Below the pieces are notes generated by a model. That model was given only the letters and a program-made list of their open reading frames with translations. It had not been told where the DNA came from and ran no database searches. The translations under genes and the position numbers were made by a program. A stretch of DNA of 63,989 nucleotides, filler included, from Basidiobolus ranarum (lineage: Eukaryota): assembly GCA_040143965.1 (NCBI GenBank). It is 4 parts of 4 records of this genome, joined end to end, with 100 filler letters (N's around TTAATTAATTAA, not from the genome) between each part and the next. Parts side by side here need not be neighbours in the genome. Positions count along the whole stretch, not along the records: positions 17,053 to 34,000 come from JASJQH010000323.1; 3 more parts are not named here. The stretch is one strand, 5' to 3'. Of the stretch, positions 23,391 through 34,100 are shown piece by piece (the stretch's first letter is position 1; each line of letters opens with the position of its first letter).

Positions 23391-26363
23391 TTATATGGTT
23401 GGCGCGGGAGTTTCAGGTCTATTTAGTTCTTCCTCAATTTCTCTACTGAAATCATTTAAAAAATCACTTTCATCTTCCTGATCGTCATCACCTTTGATTT
23501 CACTGTACTCACTAAAATGGTTGCCATCGCTTTCACCACTCTGGCACTCCACAAGAGCATCTGATTGGGTTTCAAATATATCGCCTTCCATAAATATAAC
23601 CGAGTTTTTCAGGGGAGATGTGTGGGTACGAAGAGCACACATCCGTTTGGTTCTGTTCTTTTCAGATTCTTCCGAGTTCACACTTCGCATATTTTCAGGA
23701 TTGAGAAAATCACCAAATTTACGTTTTCGATACGTAAACCTGTCGTCATCATCTCTTTCTGATTCAACCTCAGATGTGGCAGTGTTAAAGTCAGAATCGC
23801 CAAGAAAATCTTCAACTTCGCGTGCTGCATCACTCCAATCCATATGCATCATGTGCTCATTCATTTCGTTGAGGTCGAGTAAAGTAGGTTCTTCTTCAGC
23901 TTCGTTGGTGCCAATAGTTGATGGTTTATCTACAAAGCCGCGATCATTTCTGTTTAATTTCATATTTGAATTTACGACAGTTTGGGCTGGTGAAGTATCT
24001 TGAATTAGATACAATTTCTCATCTTGTCGCTCCCAGCGTGATATTGAATCAAACAACCTTAAAGACGAAACTTGTTATTGTGGAAATATACAAATTGGTT
24101 AAAGACTTGTTATCATACCATTCAGGCTTGACGATATGCACATGTGGAATTTTACAAGCATGGTTTACCTTGGCAGTTCCAGGCTACAAAACATAAAGTA
24201 TTAAAATATTATTATTAGAAAGTGGCCATCTTGATGTGGGGTACCTTACTGGCAACTACATGTGTAATTTGATTATTTAAGTTGGTTGAGCATTCGGCAC
24301 CAAAGCTACGGGCAAGACGCCAAATTTCTGATCTACAAGATTGCGATCAGTTAGGATTGGACAAATCGATGCCATCTTCAAAATTATATATATATATAAA
24401 AGGAAAACATACTTAGTGGGATCGCAATCAAATGGAATTATACTGCTGAAAACGATATTGGTGTGCTTGAGAACACGACTTTTCATGGATGCGATGATAT
24501 TCTAACGAGAGTTCTCTTATTAATAACAAGACGCTTGAAATTGAAGATTTTATATTTACTTTGACATCAGGAGGGTTGCTTTGCTTGACACCATTGTCTG
24601 TAATAGTTTTATGCTCACTGTAAAAGGAATGATGAATATCCTTCAACACCTTGAAGTTATTCAATTTAGCTCTTTTAATTCATCAAAATATTCAACAGTC
24701 ACAAGTTACCTGAAGTAATATCGGCAATTGTGTGTCATTGTCAATAAGAACAGGCTTTGTTTCAATTTGCCTTGGTACTTGCTGAGGTTGTTCTAATAGC
24801 TTGTTGTTTTCTCGATCTTCTAAATCCTCTTCTTGCTTACTCTCTGTCACAGCAATGGCCTAATATAGTTTATCGAAGAGTGTAAGGGTTAACTGAAGTT
24901 CGGGTCTTGCCAAACTGCAACAACTTACCCCTTGCTTAAGAAGAGACGATTCATTAATTCCGTCAGTGCCAACAAAGAATTTATCTATATTTGCAAAGAT
25001 AGTAAGTATTTAATCACATTTGGTTCCGAGTTTGGCAATCAATATTCTTACAAGGATTAACTCGGATGAGATTTGGAGACAATTGCCAAATATCTTCACT
25101 GTCATCAATGGCTACAACCATCGAACTACTACATGAAAAAAGTCGTTGAATTGTTTTGGGCGTCATGTCTAGAATATTCAATTTAGCAAATCACCACGTA
25201 TAACAAAAGTAAAATGGCATACCTTCACTTTCATCTCGTGAGTAGATTCTCTCTTTGAAGAACTCTTGCTCTGGATCAATAGCATCAGCAACGGCCGAAG
25301 CATAGGCACGAGTACCCATCGTGTATATGTGAAGTTCATAAAGCTCAGTAGCTTCTTTCAAGAACTCTCTTAAGCCAGGACTAAAAGAACATAGAGCGTC
25401 AGTTAAGGCTCATAAAGATACAAACAAACAATACTGACCGTAACTTAATGTAATACACAGTAGGACTATCTGGTAAGGTAAACGTTGAAATTTCCTATAT
25501 TTGTACAATTGCATTTAGATTTAAAAAGGTGTGATCAAAACTGGATCAACCTTACATTAATAGCCATGGAATTAATACTCTTTTCATCATTCATCCAATC
25601 CCCAACAATGGGATCTATGGTCGTATGTATGATAGTTTGGTCTAAATCTACAATCAACGAGAGTTTACGAGATTGTAGAAGCCTATCTGAAGCCTCATAC
25701 TCTAAATCTTCGGCTTCCTTAAAAGATATTTAAGTGACTTGCTTCTAAACAAATTTGGTTTGAGTGATACTTCTGTACTTACTTTGGGCCCATATGCGTC
25801 AGGAGTTATATTAACTCCAACTCCATTGAAATCAGAATCTTGAAAATCAAGACTAAATAGTGCCAATCAGCACCTTGGAACATTAAGAAGAAACTAGCGT
25901 TTGAAGAACACTTACATACTTAAATCTTTCGCGTTATAAACGCTCAAGTCGTTTAATTGCGCTCCGTGGTTACAAGGCTCCTTTATGTTTAGAATGGAAC
26001 GACTATACGTAAGATATCAAACGGTAAATAAATTTAGTAAAGGTTTTACGAATAAATCAAAATAGTCCTATAGGGTTACCTTTTTTCAGTTATTTTTTCA
26101 CCAACTGTCGTCAAGATAGTACTGATAGTTCCTTCGAATGGGCTAGAAAGCTCCTTTCGAGTATTCTTGACCACGACTTTGACTTCTGGCTCTTGGTCGG
26201 GGTCATTGGGGTTTGGTGTGGTGATTTCTTCTTCCGTAGTTATGTATTCGTATAGGCAAACTGGTTGATACTTTCTTATCTCCTCTTTGGAAGAGACTTT
26301 AAATGATATGATAGTTGCCGGTAAATGTTCTTCCGGTATGAATATCCCGTGCACAGTTTCCAT
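23391..26363 (-). CDS. FCP1: RNA polymerase II CTD phosphatase with BRCT domain
   Basis: LSLIVDLDQTIIHT (DxDxT), YYIKLRPG, ELHIYTMGTRAYA, VVAIDDSEDIW, BRCT with THVVA..GTAKV..W; many introns. Confidence 0.93.
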
Positions 26364-27833
26364 TAATTAAAATATCAAAAGAAGTTGTATATATGTTGAG
26401 GTTTTGTTAGGCTTCACCTGTAAAGTGCGGACACTTTGCTTCAATGAAAGATATCTAGATATTTCACTAAAGAATAAGTATGTAGTAAAAATGTGAATAT
26501 AGTGTACAAAGTCTGAAATCAAACTAGAACATATGTTGTGGAACAGACCGAATGTGGATTACTACTAGAATAATTTCTGACAAAATATTGAGAAAATCTC
26601 ACTTACCGTAATTTCTCGTAGTTTTTGGATAAAGTCTGAAGTGTTTGATAGACTATTTATATTAGCTCGAAGAATTGGAGGAAAGAATGTTCGTTCTAAA
26701 ATACCTCTTTCATATTGGATATGAATAGAGAGCATTTAGTCGGTGAAACCAGAATCCAGATCAATGCAGTCGAACGTCACGTATGAATGTTTAATCTGGA
26801 TCCAAGTCACCCGATCCGGACGGAGGTCTTTCTAATTGGTGAGAGTCGTGAAATGGTTTATAGCGCATGTTAAGTGCTGTCGTAGCAAGGGCTCTGGTTC
26901 CTATTTTTCAATTGATTATGACAGCATAACGTGATCTTTCATGTCAAGATAGATCATCGAAGATTGTATGAAGTGTCTGTAGATATGGTGATCAACAGAG
27001 AGGAGCATAAACTTTGCAACAGATCAACCACTTTTTAATAATATTATTTATCGTCCAATTTGCCCTAAAGAATACGCTGAAGGGCCATTTCTAGCGATAG
27101 GCTTCCTCGTGCTCGATGGAGATTACGCTGGTCATATGAAACAGCTCCGAATAAGTGAGTATTGCCAAATAGGTGTAATAGATCCTCATATAATCGTTGA
27201 AGAGTGCTATATACTTTTACTATTAGAGCCACTAAAGTACACAAGTCAAGCTAGAGGGATTTCTAAAATCCACACAGTTGATTACTGCTAGTGTTTCTAG
27301 AATATAATATTCCTTTATCGCATTACTTCTCTGGATTATATAAAGAAATCATTCATTCAAGCTTTGGTGTTATATAACCGCAATTTAAGTGTTGATTAAA
27401 CGACTCTCGCTTGTGCCACTTTCAGAGATAGAATTGATATAAAGAAACGTTCAGGATATATAAAAACTAGTGCATTTGTAAATGAAATCCGAATAATTGA
27501 TATCGTCAATGGTGGCAACGGCAAAAGTAGTCAAAAGTATAGGTAATAATGATGGTAGTTGTGTCAGTAGTGAACCAAGTAAAAAAGATAATGAGCGAAC
27601 AATAACAAACTTTCGACAAACAAGTGGAAATATACCGAGAAATTGCGAAATCAATGTAAAAGAAAGGAATATGTGTAAGTGAAAGCGCAGGTGTAGGTAA
27701 GGGTGAGAAATGTATAAAGAAAGGAAAGGAGATTCTTTAGCTACAGATAAACCATGTTTGAAACTGAACAATATAGGTTTGAATATATATGAGTGCATGT
27801 GTGTGCGTGCGAGATAACTATTAACATTCGTAG

Positions 27834-29050
27834 CTAAGCCCAAATCTAATGGAGTTGAAGTATTAGATAACATCGAAAGAATGACTGAACAGAACCAATT
27901 ACCTTTAGTAAGCTATCCCAACTACCCGTACACAAAGCCATACCATCAGCAGACACACCCAAGCAACTGACTCTATTTTCGTGTGCGGCCAAGACTCCGA
28001 CTCTATCACCTCTCATGGTGTCCCAAACATTGCAATTAAAATCGTCATAACCAGCAAACAGGAGTCTACCAGAAACGGAGAATGCCACCGAAGTAATTCC
28101 ACACAAGATATTATCGTGAGCGTACTGATTCAGCTCGCGATCTGCACGTAAATCAAATAGCCTACAAGTAGTATCATCTGAGCCAGTACCAAAAGCATCT
28201 CCGTTGGGAAAGAATTGAACTGCATTGATATCCGATTCGTGACCAGTAAATGTTTGAACGCATTTTCCTGTACGAATATCCCATACTTTGGCAGTAGCAT
28301 CACAGGCACCCGACACAAAAATATTCTTTTCTGGAGCAAGAGATAAGCTAATAACATAGTGAGCAAGAAAACACTTCAATATATCTTTTGACATCTACCA
28401 GAAATTTACCTCATTACATCTCCGGTGTGATCTGCGAAATCCATTAGCTTTACTCCAGCGTCAATATCCCAAAGCATGCATGTCATATCTCCTGAACTGG
28501 TCAAAATCTGACGGTCACTTAGAAATCTGCAACAGGATAAGTAACCTGTATGAGCACTCAGCTCTCTTGCGACTTTAACTGAGCCTTCTTTAGTTTTCAG
28601 ATTATAAATCGAACAGACATTATCTAATCCACCACACGCGACAAAATTTCCTGATGGCGCATATGCACATGTCATTACCCACGAAGAGCGTAATGGAATG
28701 GCGTGAATTTTGTTTGTTGTGTAAGCGTCCCAAACAATCAACTTTCCGTCTTGTGAAGCTGAGACTAGATGGCGTTCATCGTTAGCCCATTGCATTGCGT
28801 AAATCTTGGCGAGGTGGCCTTTTAGCGTCCGACGAACTTTCATGACTATTCTGGGCAAAGGCTCTAATTCTGCAGCAATGTTTTTTACTAGATTTGGATA
28901 AAAAGGTTACAAAAAGGTTCTTTGAAACAGTTAAAAAATTGGATTCTTACAAGTTGCATCGGCCAAACTATCTTTTTTCTGCCTAATCTTCTCTTTAAGC
29001 TGTTCTGCATCCCTTCTAGCGATGGCTATTCTCTCTGATATATCACTCAT
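27834..29050 (-). CDS. GPB1: Heterotrimeric G-protein beta subunit
   Basis: [49 protein letters not shown]; 3 introns. Confidence 0.97.
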
Positions 29051-29668
29051 GTTTATCAAATTGGGTATGTTATTCCAGATGTGTTATTTGGAGGTCGCTA
29101 AACAGGTATAGGCAGGGAGATGCAGAGAAATTTGGTTAATAATAATTTACGAGAGGGATTGAAAGAACAAGCAATTGTTAAGGAATAGAGACATTGAGGC
29201 TCTTCAAATAGTGGTAAGTATTTCACCTTCAGTTGCTCAAGTATGGCTCAACAATAAGCTTGGGAGAATATCGATGGTAATTTGAAAACGGTTTTGGATA
29301 TGAAAAGTGTGTGGAGGATGAAGTAAATCGACAGAGAATAATAAAATTACTCAAAAGGTAAGAAAACTAAGGTTCAGCAAGTCAGACTGAAGAAAGACAC
29401 CAACAAAGCAAGTCCTTGACCAAAAAGCAAAATGGGTTTGAAAAGATATCTCAAAAAAAGGGCTACTACAGATATATCAGTGGTTTTAAATTTGCCAATG
29501 GCGACCTATAGGCTAAAATAATCATTAATCAATGTTTCTAAACTCGTTGTATGTTTAAGGGATACGAGAACTAATAAATGTTGTATGAAAAATTTGGTAT
29601 CCTCTGAATAATGTGTGACAGACTAAGCCTAAACACCAATCACCAGCATCACTACTAGGGCTAATATC

Positions 29669-29873
29669 CAACGACCAATGCGAGGAATGTCCATTTTATG
29701 CATGTGCTTGACAGGATACCACAGAGACCTGCCTAGGTTCCTCATTTGTTTGTTGCTCTTCAGGGTTCGACTATCCCATAGGACTACTTTACTGTGGCTT
29801 GAGCTATCCATATATCCATATCGCTTTACAGATTTGAAGCGATTAAGCTAACAGTCCTGTGGGATTTGAGCTC
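29669..29873 (+). ncRNA. Candidate structured RNA (two long imperfect hairpins), family unknown
   Basis: ATCCCATAGGACT (29773-29785) pairs with AGTCCTGTGGGAT (29853-29865), extended by GGGTTCGA/TTGAGCTC; a second hairpin spans 29669-29755. Confidence 0.4.
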
Positions 29874-29952
29874 GCAAGATATTCATACTATTTGCCATAT
29901 ATTTGTACCGCACTTTAAATATTGTTTATTAAATGGTAGAGCGTAAATTCAT

Positions 29953-30971
29953 TTAGATATCAGTGAAGACTTGGGGTTCCTTGAACTCTTTAGCGATCTT
30001 GGCACCGGAGTCTTCGGAGGCATCACCGTGAAGTTCCATCAACTTACCAACATCAAACTTAGGAGCCTTGAGGATCTTAACCTTGTGAAGGTAGACGTTT
30101 TGAAGGGGGTAGATACCTTGGCAAGCCTTCTCGATTTCACGGCCAATAACTTCAGGAATGAACTTTTGAACCAAAGACTTGAGGTCGCAGGTGGAGGCCT
30201 CACGGGTCATGATCTCGAACATCTTCTTACGAATTTGACGGATTTGAGCTGATTGAGCGTAGGTGGTCTTCTTGAGTTGATTGGGTCTTCTACGGGTGAA
30301 ACCAATAGAGAAAAGACGAAGAAGGTAACCATCGGTAGTCTTAACATCGACATGGGCTTCGATAAGAGATTGCCATTTCTTGACAAGGGATCTCAACTTG
30401 TCGGAAGTGAAAGTCATACCGTGGAAGTTGGTGAGGCAGTTTTTGCCTTGAACTTCATCAACTCTGAGACGAATCTTACGGAAGGATTGCTCCTCATCCT
30501 TGTTCAAATCAGCAAGGGAGACTTCAAGAACACGGCCCTTCAAGTAATCAGTAGCGTTCTTCAAACCTTGGGTACGGTTGACAAGGGTCTTGCCAACGTT
30601 ACGAACTTCGAAAAGGGATGGTGCCTTGATATCGTACCAGTCCTTGCGGGTGAAGGGATCAACGCTAAAAACCAAACCATATGTTAGATACTGTATATTA
30701 TATTTCAATAGGCCACCATAGTCGTGTAATTGCGTTCAAAATCCATTCTCTAGTACTATTGCTACAGACTTAAACGACGACCATGGATGGATGGATAGAC
30801 TAGTAAAGATTGAATGAAACTTACATCTTCTTCTTCAAACCCTTCTTTCCTTTAGAGAGACGCCTATTTACATTAAAAAATGGAATCAGTTAATATCAAT
30901 TGGACTCTCTGATACGACACTTCTAAGAGATGTGATGAATTTGTCAATTACTTGTTCTTTCCAACGGCCAT
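29953..30971 (-). CDS. RPS1: 40S ribosomal protein eS1 (S3Ae)
   Basis: [42 protein letters not shown]; 2 introns; strong codon bias. Confidence 0.98.
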
Positions 30972-31361
30972 ATTGAACTAGTCTGCACTTAAACTTGGGC
31001 AAACGCGAAAGGGTTTGTTCAATTTGCAAAGAAGCATCTATTAAATGAGTTGGGGCTCATGTTTCCCCGATCACACATCAATCATTGGAATTTTTTTTGT
31101 TTTTTACATTTTATCCCGTGATCTTCCATACGTTATAAGAGGAGGAAAATAGTTGAATAATCATCAGATCGCGATAAATTTCCATCATCTCGATGAATAA
31201 ATTAGCTCATTGGTTTAGGTTACATTATGCCTATTTTTACTGTATTGACGAAATGATCGCGTTAACCGTCATGATTTATAATAAAGTATGTATAAAATAT
31301 ATATGAAATCTAATTTTTCAGTTTAGAAATGCTTTTATTGATCTGTCAGGGAAATGCAAGT

Positions 31362-31937
31362 TTAAAGCTTAGAAGATGAGGCAGCACGGTAGCCAGGAAT
31401 GTATGTCTTATAATCGCCACCGATCTCGACGATATTGCAATCATGTTGAGATACCTTATTTTCCCATACAATACAACCAAAGTCGGTGAGTTCCTCAAGT
31501 GCGACCATGGGATGATGCCAGATGCCAGCACCATAATTTACACCTTGGTTGCGAGCAAAAGTAAAGGCTTTCATGGTTGAGAGATCAGGTTTGTCATCCT
31601 TACCATTCAAAGCAACGATAACTAGGTAGCCTTTGGAGGGGCGTTCTGTGGCCATAGGGATGAAACATTGAGAGGAATAAGGGTGACGCTCAAGAAGCTT
31701 AATAGGGAATGGGATTTGTGTAGCTGGTTTGCATCTGAAAATGCACAGATTGGGGTTGGCTTTGGGAACATTGGATTGCTCAGCTTCACGATTGTTGGTG
31801 CAAGTGGCAACGTGGTTATAACGTTGAGCAGTTCCTTGATTAGCGCTGATGAAAGGGCCATCATGAGCGCAAACAACGTCACCATAGGCAGTAAAGTTTT
31901 CGCGGGTAACTGGGATAGCGGTAAGATACTGTGTCAT
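31362..31937 (-). CDS. DAL3: Ureidoglycolate lyase/hydrolase (AllA/Dal3 family)
   Basis: FTAYGDV, ANQGTA, LLERHPYSSQCFIP, QGVNYGAGIWHHPM; intronless; likely start MTQYL at 31937. Confidence 0.92.
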   Translation of the reverse strand: MTQYLTAIPVTRENFTAYGDVVCAHDGPFISANQGTAQRYNHVATCTNNREAEQSNVPKANPNLCIFRCKPATQIPFPIKLLERHPYSSQCFIPMATERPSKGYLVIVALNGKDDKPDLSTMKAFTFARNQGVNYGAGIWHHPMVALEELTDFGCIVWENKVSQHDCNIVEIGGDYKTYIPGYRAASSSKL

Positions 31938-33078
31938 GGTTGATAGTAAGAGAAAGGCTAGTGTGGAGGCACGCTGCTTGTTAAGTCGAATCAATTGGTT
32001 TTATATTTTGAAAAAGGTCACACCATCAAAGATCAAGATATAGATTCAGTGAGTGCCACCTATACCTTTGACCTCATCACACTTGGCTCATGAGCTTATG
32101 AAAACTAAACATGCGGGTGGAGGAGTAGTAAGTTTTGGGGTAGATGGAATCAAATCGATAATCTTAGGTTATATGGCTAAAGATTTTCGGGGCCTTATTT
32201 ATTTGCCCACAACGTTACGTTACTTCGAGTTATGCTTGGCATATTAGTAGCAGTTATTTTAAAGGTTCATAACAATTCGCCTGTATAAACAAGAAGATAC
32301 TTACTGGAGTTGAATAAACATCTTTCAGTTTACAAGAATGACGCGTTTAGCACACTTATCCTTATTCTAGGAAAACACAATCGTCTACTAACAGTTGTTT
32401 CAAGAATATTACTTTTTTGTAACGTTTTGATTTCTAGAATAGTTGACTTAGTATTTAGAAATTCTAAAGATCATTCGATTCCAATTTAATGAGGTAAACT
32501 TTGAAATGGTTTTGTTGTCTGGCGATTAAGTTGTGGTTTCACATTCACATGCAATATAACGATCATAGCATTCTCTTCTATTGTAAGTCAAATGCTTATG
32601 TTGGTGATAGCATAAACTTCATTTGGAGGTCGATACCGACTATCACCAAGGCAAAGGATATGATACTTCACAAGTAATTAATATACAACCACTACTAATT
32701 GTTTATCACTGAACAAATATTTAAATGGCTTATGTTATATCCTCAAGGTGGTAATAGCTGATGATTTTCACTTGTAATTTTGAATTCTCGTTACCTACAA
32801 AATAATTGAAACACGGTTAATATTCTAGTTTTAGTAGTAAAATTATTCGATCGTGACTGGAATTATATAATAGTTTTGTTGAAGCAAGGGTGAGATAACT
32901 GACTCTGGGTCAGTGATGAATGGCTTGATAAATTAGTAGATGAAATGTAGGATATGTCGTCCACTGAACTAATCATTTAACGAATTGTGAATGTCGCACT
33001 CACCAATAAATTCACACTATAAAACGGTAACTTTGTGTTACAGTCATCAACCATGTAAAGCTCTACACTTCACCTACG

Positions 33079-33291
33079 TCAATACTTTATACTTCCCTTG
33101 AGTTCAGACCTTGTATGATCACGTAGAGTGATGCCTCGCTTCTTAGTGTGGCCACAAAACCATCCACCAAAAAGGTCATGTAAATCCCGCTTGTTATTGG
33201 CAGTGGGTGACTGTTTGTGTGCTACCTGTTCCTCAGTCTTAGTAGGAGTTGTTGGCTTTAGTAAAAGTGAAATAGCTGCTAATATATGGTC
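33079..33291 (-). pseudogene. Detached copy of the repeat-peptide unit (pseudogene fragment or unrecognised exon)
   Basis: Frame reads ..SPTANNKR-DLHDLFGGWFCGHT-KKRGITLRD..*; no ATG, preceded by TGA TAG TAA. Confidence 0.65.
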
Positions 33292-33572
33292 TTACTATCA
33301 ACGTTTGATATTTTATCGTATACTTTACTTAGTTGATAGTTGGAGTAATTCAAAATTACAGTAAAATTTCTGACAAGTGGTTGCTAGGTACACACTCTTT
33401 GTAAAGTGGGTGTATTGAATTCTCAGCTCTCAGCATCAGAATACATTTATACTGGTATGATTTATTGTGATATCAAAATTGGAGAGAAAAACTACTACTG
33501 TCAAAGATTAAATGTTACATGCTCGTATTAGGTTTTGTAAGATATAAACTGTTAGATAAAAGGTCGAGTGTA

Positions 33573-34000
33573 TCAACAGGACCAGCCTCCACAAAAACGA
33601 TCAAGGCCAGGATGATTAACATCTTTTACTACTGCTGAGTCCGCTCTGTTATAAAGAGTTAGGCCATTCAGGTATTCTCCACTTCTCTGTATTGCAGAGA
33701 TGACGTTGTCACGTAGAGTGATACTCCTCTTCTTTGTGTGTCCGCAAAACCACCCACCACACAGGTCATGTAAATCTCTTTTGCCATTGGGTGTATAGAG
33801 TAGCTCTAGCGGCTCCTTCTCTTCATCTTTGATATGGATCTTGTTTTCAGAGTTGGTAACTGGTAAGCCTAGTCCACTCTCCTGAGGTATTTCCATACGC
33901 TTTGTATGGCCACAGAACCATCCTCCACATAGGTCATGTAAGTCTCGTTTATCTACTGTTGATGCCGTGTAGCCTTGTCCCATAGGTAGACTTTGAGCAG
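33573..34000 (-). CDS. Kex2-processed repeat peptide precursor (KEP-like), 5' end lost at the contig edge
   Basis: KR-DLHDLCGGWFCGHT-KR and KR-DLHDLCGGWFCGHT-KKR plus degenerate GLDRFCGGWSC*; frame stays open upstream of the ATG (AQSLP-MGQG) into the gap. Confidence 0.85.
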
Positions 34001-34100
34001 NNNNNNNNNNNNNNNNNNNNNNNNNNNNNNNNNNNNNNNNNNNNTTAATTAATTAANNNNNNNNNNNNNNNNNNNNNNNNNNNNNNNNNNNNNNNNNNNN
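34001..34100. other. Artificial contig-joining spacer
   Basis: N44 + TTAATTAATTAA + N44. Confidence 0.98.

Noticed and set aside
29763-29780. GGTTCGA as a tRNA T-loop
   Set aside because: No cloverleaf or A-box at the right spacing; the motif is instead paired within a long hairpin
29971-30687. Long antisense ORFs opposite RPS1, and similar ones opposite FCP1, nic1 and the acyl-CoA dehydrogenase
   Set aside because: Shadow frames caused by codon bias of the real genes
33573-33575. TGA after CGGWSC as selenocysteine or readthrough
   Set aside because: It aligns to a Gly codon, another stop follows six codons later, and no SECIS was recognised
31362-34000. Dikaritin-type RiPP biosynthetic cluster around the peptide precursor
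   Set aside because: No DUF3328/UstYa oxidase, tyrosinase or transporter on the visible side; neighbours are DAL3 and RPS1; the other side is cut off
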